Of a stretch of 64,000 nt of DNA, positions 35,418 through 43,918 are shown one piece after another. The translations under genes and the position numbers were made by a program. How positions within the stretch are numbered: position 1 is the stretch's first letter; every line of letters begins with the position of its first letter. Location of the stretch: contig CALWTE010000018.1 in the NCBI GenBank assembly GCA_944384375.1, forward strand, positions 726 to 64,725. The letters are read 5' to 3'. The stretch comes from an uncultured Clostridia bacterium. GTDB lineage: Bacteria > Bacillota > Clostridia > Christensenellales > UBA1242. The notes beneath the pieces are model-generated. The model ran no database searches. It was not told the origin of the DNA and saw nothing but the letters and a program-made list of their open reading frames with translations.

Positions 35418-35446
35418 ATTGTACTAAATAGAAATCAAAATGTCAA
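35418..35446 (-). promoter_or_regulatory. Candidate sigma-A promoter (TTGACA-17-TACAAT) of RNA A
   Basis: Hexamers and spacing read on the minus strand, inside the 25-nt repeat. Confidence 0.55.
35422..35446. repeat. 25-nt perfect direct repeat, copy 2
   Basis: Identical to 35289-35313. Confidence 0.9.
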
Positions 35447-35461
35447 CATTTTTTAATTCTA

Positions 35462-35539
35462 TATAAATAAAAATAAAAGGCGTATGAAATGCACAACCAA
35501 AAGTGTCTAACTTTTGAGAATGCTCCCATTTTGCCTTTT
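35462..35539 (-). terminator. Long irregular hairpin plus U-tract after trxA
   Basis: Outer stem AAAAGGC/GCCUUUU enclosing CAAAAGU-UAGAC-ACUUUUG, followed by AUUUUUAUUU. Confidence 0.4.
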
Positions 35540-35545
35540 ACTAAA

Positions 35546-35863
35546 TTATTGAGAAATTTCGTCAATTAACTCTAAAAGTTGAGTTTTTTGTCTAAAACCA
35601 ACAGCACGTTTAACTTCTTCCCCACTTTTGAAAGCCACCAAAGTAGGTACGCTCATAATGTTGTATTTTTGCGCTATTTCCATACATTCGTCAATATCGC
35701 ATTTTGCAATTACTACCTTGTCTGTTTCATCTGCAACTTGCTCCAAAATTGGGCTCAACATTTTACAAGGACCACACCATGTAGCAAAGAAATCTACTAA
35801 TACTGGTTTATCTCCGTTAATAAGTTCTTCAAAATTGTTTGTTTCAATGTGTTCAATAGCCAT
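35546..35863 (-). CDS. trxA: Thioredoxin
   Basis: WCGPCK active site. 105 aa. Confidence 0.95.
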   Translation of the reverse strand: MAIEHIETNNFEELINGDKPVLVDFFATWCGPCKMLSPILEQVADETDKVVIAKCDIDECMEIAQKYNIMSVPTLVAFKSGEEVKRAVGFRQKTQLLELIDEISQ

Positions 35864-35929
35864 ATTTAAATCTCCTTATAGAATATATTTATTATATCAC
35901 AAAATAGAAATTTTACAAACTAAAAAATG

Positions 35930-37150
35930 TTAAAAGTCAAAATTTTTTGTAATTTGCTCACCTGTTGTCATATTTTTAATAGTAACCGATTTATTTTTGA
36001 GTTCTTCATCACCTATTATATAAACTTCATCTATGCCCAACTTATTTGCATATTTTAACTGTGCATTAAAGCTGCGATTTGCTAGGTTTATCTCTATATT
36101 TTTACCTAAAACACGCAATTTTTCTGCAATAGGCAAGACTTGCTCTAATGTAACGTTGCCTGCATTTATTACTAGTATTTTAGGTTGATTCGGTAACAAA
36201 TTTTTGTCAACAAGCCCTTCTAACCTATCTAAACCGCAACTAAAACCGAGTGCTGGGCAATCTTTCCCGCCGATTTCTTGTACTAAATCATCATACCTTC
36301 CACCGCCACAAACAGTTAGAGTTTTATCACCTACGGTATTTTCAAATTCAAACACAGTTTTAGTATAGTAATCTAGCCCCCTAACTAAGTTATCTGTTAT
36401 TTGATAATTAATCTTTAAAGCATTAAGCAATCTGCAAACTTCGTCAAAATGCTCTCTACACTCACTGCACAAATAATCTTTTAGTTTTGGTGCATTTTTT
36501 AGCACTTTTTGGCAATCCTCATTCTTACAATCAAGCATACGCATAGGATTTAGCTCAGCCCTACGCAAACAGTCTGCACAAAGTTCTGTCTTATGCTTGT
36601 TAGCAAATTCACGCATAGCCCTATTAAACTCAGCACGGCACTTTTTACAGCCTATTGAATTGATTAATAATTTAGAATTCTTTATACCTAGATTTTCTAA
36701 GTAGTTTTTTGCAAGTGCTATCAATTCAACATCAGCACAAGGTGCGTCTATACCAAAACATTCTGCTCCAAATTGCTCAAATTCACGATATCTGCCCGCT
36801 TGCGGATTTTCATACCTAAAACAATTTGCAAAATAAAACACTTTGAGCGGTAGGGCTTCATTAAGTAGTCCGTTCTCTACAATAGCACGCACAACGCCCG
36901 CAGTACCTTCGGGGCGCAAAGCAAGGCTTCTGTCTCCCCTGTCCTTAAATTGATACATTTCCTTATTTACAATATCACTAGAATCACCTACACTACGTAA
37001 AAACAACGCAGAGTCTTCAAATGTAGGAGTCCTAATTTGCTGATAACTGTATTTGGTAGCAACTTCTCTTGCCTTTTCTTCCATAAACTGCCAAACAGCA
37101 GAATTACTAGGCAAAATATCTCTTGTGCCTTTTGGTTTTTGATAATTCAT
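35930..37150 (-). CDS. hisS: Histidine--tRNA ligase
   Basis: Class II motifs (GTRD, LRPEGT, FRYE.PQ.GR.REF), a Cys-rich insertion and a C-terminal anticodon-binding domain. Starts 11 nt after the hslU stop. Confidence 0.9.
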   Translation of the reverse strand: MNYQKPKGTRDILPSNSAVWQFMEEKAREVATKYSYQQIRTPTFEDSALFLRSVGDSSDIVNKEMYQFKDRGDRSLALRPEGTAGVVRAIVENGLLNEALPLKVFYFANCFRYENPQAGRYREFEQFGAECFGIDAPCADVELIALAKNYLENLGIKNSKLLINSIGCKKCRAEFNRAMREFANKHKTELCADCLRRAELNPMRMLDCKNEDCQKVLKNAPKLKDYLCSECREHFDEVCRLLNALKINYQITDNLVRGLDYYTKTVFEFENTVGDKTLTVCGGGRYDDLVQEIGGKDCPALGFSCGLDRLEGLVDKNLLPNQPKILVINAGNVTLEQVLPIAEKLRVLGKNIEINLANRSFNAQLKYANKLGIDEVYIIGDEELKNKSVTIKNMTTGEQITKNFDF

Positions 37151-37161
37151 ATTTTTCCCTT

Positions 37162-38529
37162 TTACATTATATAACGACTTAAATCGTATTTTTTAACTGT
37201 TTGTTCTAGAGCCTTAATAACAAAATCACGAGTAATTACAACTTTGCTCAATGGGTACTCGCCATCAGCATTGAAACTAATTTCTTCTAACAGTGTCTCC
37301 ATAATAGTATGCAAACGTCTAGCACCTATATTCTCGTTGTTTTCATTTTCAAGTTCGGCAATGCGTGCAATTTCTTGCAAAGCGTCTTGCTCAAATTCCA
37401 AATCAATATTATCTACTTTGAGTAACTCAGCCTGTTGCATTGTTATAGCGTTTTTAGGTTGAGTAAGTATCTTATAAAATTCTGTAGCAGTAAGATTTTC
37501 TAATTCTACGCGTATAGGAAAACGCCCCTGCAACTCAGGAATTAAATCTTCTATTTTAGAAATGTGGAATGCACCAGCGGCAATAAATAAAATATAGTCA
37601 GTCCTAATTAGACCGTATTTTGTGTTAACGGTACAACCTTCCACAAAAGGCAATATGTCCCTTTGCACGCCTTCACGGGATACATCAGGGCCGTTACCGT
37701 TTCCACGAGAAATAGCAATTTTGTCTATTTCATCAATGAAAATGATACCTTCTTGCTCAGCACGGCGGATACCTTCTTCGTTTACGGCGTCCATATCAAT
37801 CAAACGGTTGCTTTCTTCATTTACTAAGTTTCTACGTGCTTGTGCTACCGTAATTTTACGAACTTTCTTGCGTCTAGGCAAAATACCGCTAATCATATCA
37901 GTTAAATTCATATCTTGCGCGCCAGGTATAATTTCAATGGCTCTAGGCGCTTCTGCAATTTCCATTTCAATAATATCGTCGTCGTGTTTGCCTTCTTCAA
38001 TTTCCTTTAATAACTTTTCAGCGTCAGACTTGTTGTCCTTGTCTTGAACCACGATTTCCACTGTATCGTCATCAACTTTATTTGACGAAGTAGTTTGTGC
38101 TGGAGCAGGTTTTCTCGTACGCAACAAAATATCTCTAATTTTCTTGTTTGCGTTATTAGTAGCGGTCGCCTTTACTTCTTCAAACTTTTCGTCTTTTACC
38201 AAACGAATTGAAGTTTCCACTAAGTCCCTAATCATACTCTCAACATCTCTACCAACATAACCAACTTCGGTATATTTGGTGGCTTCAACCTTAACAAAAG
38301 GGGCTTTTACGAGTTTTGCCAAACGTCTAGCGATTTCAGTCTTACCTACACCAGTAGGGCCTTTCATTAAAATGTTTTTAGGTGTAATTTCTTCCCTTAG
38401 GCTTTCAGGCAATTTGCTACGGCGATAACGATTACGCAAAGCCACAGCGACAGCACGTTTTGCCTTGTCTTGTCCTATAATATATTTGTCTAATTCATTG
38501 ACAATTTGTTTCGGAGTCATTAATTCCAT
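37162..38529 (-). CDS. hslU: ATP-dependent protease ATPase subunit HslU
   Basis: Walker A GPTGVGKT, Walker B IIFIDEIDK and the I-domain insertion. Confidence 0.95.
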   Translation of the reverse strand: MELMTPKQIVNELDKYIIGQDKAKRAVAVALRNRYRRSKLPESLREEITPKNILMKGPTGVGKTEIARRLAKLVKAPFVKVEATKYTEVGYVGRDVESMIRDLVETSIRLVKDEKFEEVKATATNNANKKIRDILLRTRKPAPAQTTSSNKVDDDTVEIVVQDKDNKSDAEKLLKEIEEGKHDDDIIEMEIAEAPRAIEIIPGAQDMNLTDMISGILPRRKKVRKITVAQARRNLVNEESNRLIDMDAVNEEGIRRAEQEGIIFIDEIDKIAISRGNGNGPDVSREGVQRDILPFVEGCTVNTKYGLIRTDYILFIAAGAFHISKIEDLIPELQGRFPIRVELENLTATEFYKILTQPKNAITMQQAELLKVDNIDLEFEQDALQEIARIAELENENNENIGARRLHTIMETLLEEISFNADGEYPLSKVVITRDFVIKALEQTVKKYDLSRYIM

Positions 38530-38531
38530 AA

Positions 38532-39071
38532 TTATTCCACCTCCTCAAAAAATAGATGGTTGTTTGTATAAATGCAGTAATCGCTAGCAATATTTAATGC
38601 TTTTTCTACGATTTCACGGGCAGAAAGATTTGTGTTTTCATACAAAGCGCGAACTGCACCTAAAGCGAAATTACTACCCGAACCAACAGCAGCAAAGTTT
38701 TCATTAGGGCGCACTAGCAAACCATCACCCATAAAAATATACATATCGTCTTTATTCGCAATAATCATCATAACTTCCAAATTTTGGTGCAGTGCATTTG
38801 CGTTTTGCCAACTGTTAGAAATTTCTACCAAAGCACGTTGTAAGTTACCAGAATATTTGTTTAAGTTTTCTTCTAACAATCTCAATACCGCAAGGTTGTG
38901 GCTAACTGTACCCGCCATACCCACGATTACTTCGTCATTATAAATTCTATATAATTTTTTAACACCGTCTTTAAACACCATAGTATCCAAAGTTGCTTGA
39001 CTATCAGCGCCTATTACGGTTTTTCCATCACGTTTGCACGCAACAATAGTTGTTCCCTTTAAATTGTTCAT
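38532..39071 (-). CDS. hslV: ATP-dependent protease subunit HslV
   Basis: N-terminal GTTIV (catalytic Thr after processing) and GSG motif (AVGSGSNFA). Confidence 0.9.
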   Translation of the reverse strand: MNNLKGTTIVACKRDGKTVIGADSQATLDTMVFKDGVKKLYRIYNDEVIVGMAGTVSHNLAVLRLLEENLNKYSGNLQRALVEISNSWQNANALHQNLEVMMIIANKDDMYIFMGDGLLVRPNENFAAVGSGSNFALGAVRALYENTNLSAREIVEKALNIASDYCIYTNNHLFFEEVE

Positions 39072-40330
39072 AGTCCTTCTCTCTCCTTAATTACAGCAAT
39101 TTTAGCCAAAGCACGTTCCGCTAAAAGTCGCTTTTTGTCCTTTTTTGGAGCGTCTATCGGCTTTAACAATCCCCAGTTAATATGCATAGGCTGAAAATTA
39201 TTTGGATTGCCACATACTAAATAATTTTGCAATGCACCTAAACAAGTTTCAGTGCTAAAATCTACTAACTCAAAACTGTCTAGATATTTTATCATATTTA
39301 TTGCACAAAGTAAACCACTTGCAATAGATTCTATATAACCTTCTAGCCCGCTTATTTGTCCTGCAAAAAATATATTTGGCTTGCTCTTTAACTGCGAAAA
39401 TTTATTTAAGTACTTAGGAGCATTTATATAAATATTTTTATGCATCACTCCAAAACGCAACCACTCGGCGCGTCTTAGAGCGGGTATCAGCGAAAAAACT
39501 TCCCTTTGTGCGCCAAAAGTTAAATTCGTTTGAAACCCTACGAGATTTAGCATTGTGCCTGCTTCATTTTCTTTACGTAACTGCACGACAGCATAATTTT
39601 CGTCACCCAAACTAGGTTTTAAGGGGCCACAGCGCATCACATCAACACCACGTTTTGCCATAATCTCTATCGGTAGGCAGGCTTCAAAATTTATTTCCTT
39701 TTCAAAGTCTTTTAATTCAACGCGTGGTGCATCTTTTAATGCTGTCCAAAATTTTAAATATTCGTCTTTGGTTAGCGGACAATTTATATAACCTTCTTCG
39801 CCGTCATATGCAAAATTATAGTCTATACTATCGGCAGAAACTATGGGCGCAACCGCATCATAAAAGTATAATTCTTCGCCTACGAGTTTAGATAGAAATT
39901 TTGCCAAATCGTCTGTACACAATGGCCCAGCCGCTACAATTACAGGCGCAGATGTATCAAATTCAGTAACTTCTTGCGTTATTACATTAATTAAAGGTTC
40001 GTCCCTTATCTTTTGTGTAACAATTTCGCTAAACTTCTCCCTATCTACTGTAAGGGTTTTCCCTGCTGGAATTGCACTTTTATATGCACAATCCAGCAAA
40101 ATACAATCTAGATTACGCAATTCGGCCTTTAAAACACCCGTAGCAAAGTCAAGAGTATCCGATTTTAGTGAATTTGAGCAGACAAGTTCTGCAAAGCCAT
40201 CTAAATGCTGTGCTGGTGTATGCTTTTGTGGCTTCATTTCATATAAATCAACGGCTATTCCGCGTTTTGCCAGTTGCAGTGCTGCCTCGCACCCCGCAAG
40301 CCCAGCACCTATGATTGAAACTTTTGTCAA
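39068..40330 (-). CDS. trmFO: Methylenetetrahydrofolate--tRNA-(uracil-5)-methyltransferase TrmFO
   Basis: FAD motif IIGAGLAGCEAA. I prefer the TTG at 40330, which overlaps the topA stop (TTGA) and has AAGGAAG upstream. The track start at 40369 would overlap topA by 43 nt. Confidence 0.9.
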   Translation of the reverse strand: MTKVSIIGAGLAGCEAALQLAKRGIAVDLYEMKPQKHTPAQHLDGFAELVCSNSLKSDTLDFATGVLKAELRNLDCILLDCAYKSAIPAGKTLTVDREKFSEIVTQKIRDEPLINVITQEVTEFDTSAPVIVAAGPLCTDDLAKFLSKLVGEELYFYDAVAPIVSADSIDYNFAYDGEEGYINCPLTKDEYLKFWTALKDAPRVELKDFEKEINFEACLPIEIMAKRGVDVMRCGPLKPSLGDENYAVVQLRKENEAGTMLNLVGFQTNLTFGAQREVFSLIPALRRAEWLRFGVMHKNIYINAPKYLNKFSQLKSKPNIFFAGQISGLEGYIESIASGLLCAINMIKYLDSFELVDFSTETCLGALQNYLVCGNPNNFQPMHINWGLLKPIDAPKKDKKRLLAERALAKIAVIKEREGL

Positions 40331-42702
40331 ATATTTTCTTCCTTTTTGATTATATTTTGGTAATTGCAATTAGGGTTTGAACAGTATTCTTTGGTTTGCG
40401 TCTTATATTCTTTCCTTAAAATAACATTACCACAATTAGGGCAAGTTTTGTCAGTCGGTGTATCCTTAAATATCATTTTACAGTTTGGATAATTTGAGCA
40501 ACCGTAGAAAGTTTCGCCCTTTTTATTTACTTTTTCCACGATATCTTTACCACATAGCGGACAAGTGCCGACTTTTTTATTTAGTGGAATTATATTTTTA
40601 CAATTTGGGTAGTTACTACAAGCCAAAAACTTACCAAATTTACCCTTACGTTCTACCATTTTATGCCCACATTTTTCGCATACTACGTCTGTTTCTATGA
40701 TTTCGGGGTTGTCAGCCAAATTCTTCTTAAATGTACAATTTGGGTAGTTACTACAAGCCAAAAACTTGCCAAATTTACCCGCTCTAATAACAAGTTTATT
40801 ACCACATTCCGGGCAGATTTCGTCTGTTTCCTCACTCGTAGTCTCTATTTCGTTATTCTCATTAGGAATGTTTTTAATATTCTTACAATTTGGATAATTG
40901 CTACAAGCCAGGAATTTACCAAATTTCCCCATACGGACAACCATTTTGCCGCCACATTTGTCGCAAATTTCGTCACTTTCTTCTACAAAAGTTTTCAGTG
41001 CATCATAGGCATTATCCATTTCTTTCTTAAAGTCATCGTAAAATTCGGCAACTACATTTGTCCATTCTTTTTTGCCGTCCGCAATTTCGTCTAGGTTACT
41101 TTCCATATTAGCGGTAAACGTTACGTCCATAATTTCAGGGAAATAAGCAACCAACAAATCAGTAACAGAGCAACCTAATTCAGTAGGCTTTATGGATTTG
41201 CCTTCATTCTCTACATACTTCCTATTAAACAAAACTGTAATTGTAGGCGTATAAGTCGCAGGCCTACCAATACCACGTTCTTCCATCGCCTTTACAAGAC
41301 TGGCTTCCGTAAATCTTGCTGGCGGTTTAGTAAATTTCTGGTCTGCCTTTAACCCCACCAAATCCAAAACTTCACCTTGTGTAAGTTCGGGAATGTGGGC
41401 TTGATTTTCGTCTTCGTTGTCTTTATCCTTTGCCACATACTCTTGATAAATTACGGTATAACCCGCGAAAATAGGTGTACGTCCAGTTGCTCGGAACGTG
41501 TAATTTTTAACATTTACATCTAATGAAACCGAATTATAAGTGGCAGAACTCATTTGACTGGCTAAAAATCTTTCATAAATCAACTTATATAACTTGTAAT
41601 TATCAGCAGTCAAACTATCTTTCACGCTTTCGGGCGTTATATCTATATAAATAGGTCTAATCGCTTCGTGCGCATCTTGAGCCGATTTCTTAGACTTATA
41701 TATATTAGGTGTTTCGGGATAGAATTTTTCGCCAAATTTCTTAATAATATAGTCTTTTGCCATTTTTTGTGCATCTGGCGAAACTCTTACTGAGTCGGTA
41801 CGAATATAAGTTATAAGCGCTGTTTTACCATGCCCCGCTAGTTCTACACCTTCATATAGATTTTGCGCAGCGGCAGTTGTTCGCTTTAATGTCATACCTA
41901 GTTTATTTAACGCGTCTTGTTGCATTGAACTAGTAATATATGGTGCTGGCGGGTGCGATTTTGTAACGCTTTTTTTGATATTTTCCACGCTCCATTGCTG
42001 TCCTGCGATGTCGGCAAGAAATGCGTCTTTTTGCTGAGCGTTGGTAATTTTGAATTTTTTACCATCTTTATTTATTAAACTTGCGTTAAATGGTTTATCG
42101 GCTAAGCCTATTTTGGCAAGGCTGGCCGTAATTGCCCACCATTCTTCTGGTTTGAAGTTTTGTATTTCTCTTTCTCTATCCACTACTAACTTTAAAGTAA
42201 CCGATTGTACACGGCCTGCACTGAGTTTAGGTTGAATTTTCCTACAAAGAATAGGCGAAAGTTTATAACCTACAATTCTATCTAAAACTCTGCGCGCCTG
42301 CTGTGCGTTTACCAGATTTTCGTCAATTACACGTGGGTGTTTAATTGCGTTTTGCACTGCGTGTTGCGAAATTTCGTTAAATTCTATTCTTATATTATCT
42401 TGTGTATTCAGTCCTAAAACGTTTGCGACATGCCACGAAATCGCTTCTCCTTCCCTATCAGGGTCGGTTGCAAGTAAAATAGAATCAGCCTTGCTTGCCA
42501 CTTCTTTTAAAGATTTTACTACATCTTTTTTGTCGGGCATAATTTCATATTTTGGTGCAAAATCATTATTTAAATCCACACCAAAACCATGTACAGGCAA
42601 ATCTCTTACGTGTCCTTTTGTCGCAAAAATTTCGTATTCATTACCTAGATATTTTTTTATAGTTGCACGTTTTCCTGGACCTTCTATAACAACTAATTTC
42701 AT
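40327..42702 (-). CDS. topA: DNA topoisomerase I with five C-terminal Cys4 zinc-ribbon modules
   Basis: TOPRIM (LVVIEGPGK, DPDREGE) and the catalytic Tyr region (ITYIRTDS). Repeated C..C-(G)KFGKFLACSNYPNC modules. Confidence 0.95.
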   Translation of the reverse strand: MKLVVIEGPGKRATIKKYLGNEYEIFATKGHVRDLPVHGFGVDLNNDFAPKYEIMPDKKDVVKSLKEVASKADSILLATDPDREGEAISWHVANVLGLNTQDNIRIEFNEISQHAVQNAIKHPRVIDENLVNAQQARRVLDRIVGYKLSPILCRKIQPKLSAGRVQSVTLKLVVDREREIQNFKPEEWWAITASLAKIGLADKPFNASLINKDGKKFKITNAQQKDAFLADIAGQQWSVENIKKSVTKSHPPAPYITSSMQQDALNKLGMTLKRTTAAAQNLYEGVELAGHGKTALITYIRTDSVRVSPDAQKMAKDYIIKKFGEKFYPETPNIYKSKKSAQDAHEAIRPIYIDITPESVKDSLTADNYKLYKLIYERFLASQMSSATYNSVSLDVNVKNYTFRATGRTPIFAGYTVIYQEYVAKDKDNEDENQAHIPELTQGEVLDLVGLKADQKFTKPPARFTEASLVKAMEERGIGRPATYTPTITVLFNRKYVENEGKSIKPTELGCSVTDLLVAYFPEIMDVTFTANMESNLDEIADGKKEWTNVVAEFYDDFKKEMDNAYDALKTFVEESDEICDKCGGKMVVRMGKFGKFLACSNYPNCKNIKNIPNENNEIETTSEETDEICPECGNKLVIRAGKFGKFLACSNYPNCTFKKNLADNPEIIETDVVCEKCGHKMVERKGKFGKFLACSNYPNCKNIIPLNKKVGTCPLCGKDIVEKVNKKGETFYGCSNYPNCKMIFKDTPTDKTCPNCGNVILRKEYKTQTKEYCSNPNCNYQNIIKKEENI

Positions 42703-42723
42703 TTTTTATCTCCTAAAAAGCCT

Positions 42724-42795
42724 TTACTTACCGGCAATAAATTTAATAACTATAAAACCTATAGCCAAAAAAGCCAATGCAAAATATACTCCCAT
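42724..42795 (-). CDS. Candidate 23-aa hydrophobic micro-protein (MGVYFALAFLAIGFIVIKFIAGK)
   Basis: The ATG is 1 nt after the dprA stop, with GAAAGGA 5 nt upstream. It encodes a single TM-length peptide and ends 21 nt before the topA ATG. It may be fortuitous. Confidence 0.3.
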   Translation of the reverse strand: MGVYFALAFLAIGFIVIKFIAGK

Positions 42796-42796
42796 A

Positions 42797-43915
42797 TTAA
42801 TCCTTTCTTCCGTAGTAATTCCCCGGTAACTTCTTTATTAAACCACGAATTTCCATTGTTGTCAACAGTACCATTAACTTTTTTGTGTCTATTTTTGTTT
42901 TTTCTAATATTTCGTCAAAATGCACATCTTCTAACTGAACCAAATCATAAATAACTTTCTCTAAATCGTTAAGTATTAATTCTTTATCTATCTTTTGAAT
43001 AGGTTTTTGAGTATTAATTACATCTTGAATTAATTTATAATTAAGGTTTAAAGTTTCAATTATTTCTTGTGGTTTTGTTACACAAGTGCTAAAGTATTTT
43101 TTTATTAAATTATTTGTACCTTCGCTTGATGGGCTATTGCAATTGCCAGGTAAAACAAACACCTCTTTACCTAAATCTAACGCAAAGTTTACTGTATGTA
43201 AAGCCCCGCTATTAACTCCCGCTTCTGTAATTAAAACGCCTTCGCTAGCAGCGGCAATTAACCTATTCCGTTGAACAAAAGAGAAATTTTTGATATTAAA
43301 ATCCGGATAATTCGCTGATAGCACTAGCCCACCAGCATCTACAATTTCTTGTGCTAAATTAACGTTAATAGCAGGATAAATTGTATTCAGCCCATTTGCT
43401 ACTATACTAATAGTTTTACCATTAGCGCGCAAAGCACCCTTGTGAGCAAAACCATCTACACCTTCGGCCAAACCACTAATTATATTGAAACCAGCCTTGC
43501 TTAATTCATATGCAAAACGTTCCGTTTGCTCTTTGCCGTATCTAGTGCATAAACGTGTACCCACAATAGAAATATTTCTCTGATTTAATAATGATAAATC
43601 CCCCTTATAATATATTACAAGTGGAGGAAAATCAAGTATCTTAAAACATTTTGGAAAATTTTTATCATAGTAACAAATATGGTTAATATCACTTTTTTCT
43701 AAATCGGCAATTGCCTTATCTAGAATCCCGCTATCACGTATAGATATGAAATTTTGAAAATCTTTGCCACTTAGACAATACATAATTTTGCCTTGATATT
43801 TATCCAAATTCCAAATATCGTCTATACTATCAAACAAACTCATAAGTTCATATAGCGTACTTAAATCAATGTCACTAATAGATAACCATAAAAATACTTT
43901 ATCAGTAATATTCAT
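42797..43915 (-). CDS. dprA: DNA processing protein DprA (Smf)
   Basis: Rossmann-like DprA core (IVGTR..T.YG, GLAEGVDG.AH) and a C-terminal winged-helix-like domain. Confidence 0.85.
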   Translation of the reverse strand: MNITDKVFLWLSISDIDLSTLYELMSLFDSIDDIWNLDKYQGKIMYCLSGKDFQNFISIRDSGILDKAIADLEKSDINHICYYDKNFPKCFKILDFPPLVIYYKGDLSLLNQRNISIVGTRLCTRYGKEQTERFAYELSKAGFNIISGLAEGVDGFAHKGALRANGKTISIVANGLNTIYPAINVNLAQEIVDAGGLVLSANYPDFNIKNFSFVQRNRLIAAASEGVLITEAGVNSGALHTVNFALDLGKEVFVLPGNCNSPSSEGTNNLIKKYFSTCVTKPQEIIETLNLNYKLIQDVINTQKPIQKIDKELILNDLEKVIYDLVQLEDVHFDEILEKTKIDTKKLMVLLTTMEIRGLIKKLPGNYYGRKD

Positions 43916-43918
43916 TAT

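Noticed and set aside
35044-35446. Whether the structured elements upstream of nifS are riboswitches or T-boxes
   Set aside because: I saw no T-box specifier or GGUGGUA-type motifs. Each element ends in its own terminator and is followed by a fresh promoter, so it cannot control nifS in cis. I kept them as candidate trans-acting sRNAs instead.
40330-40985. Nucleotide-level tandem repeats at the 3' end of topA
   Set aside because: They are explained by five consecutive Cys4 zinc-ribbon modules (C..C-GKFGKFLACSNYPNC), a normal feature of type IA topoisomerase C-termini. This is not a CRISPR array or a mobile repeat.
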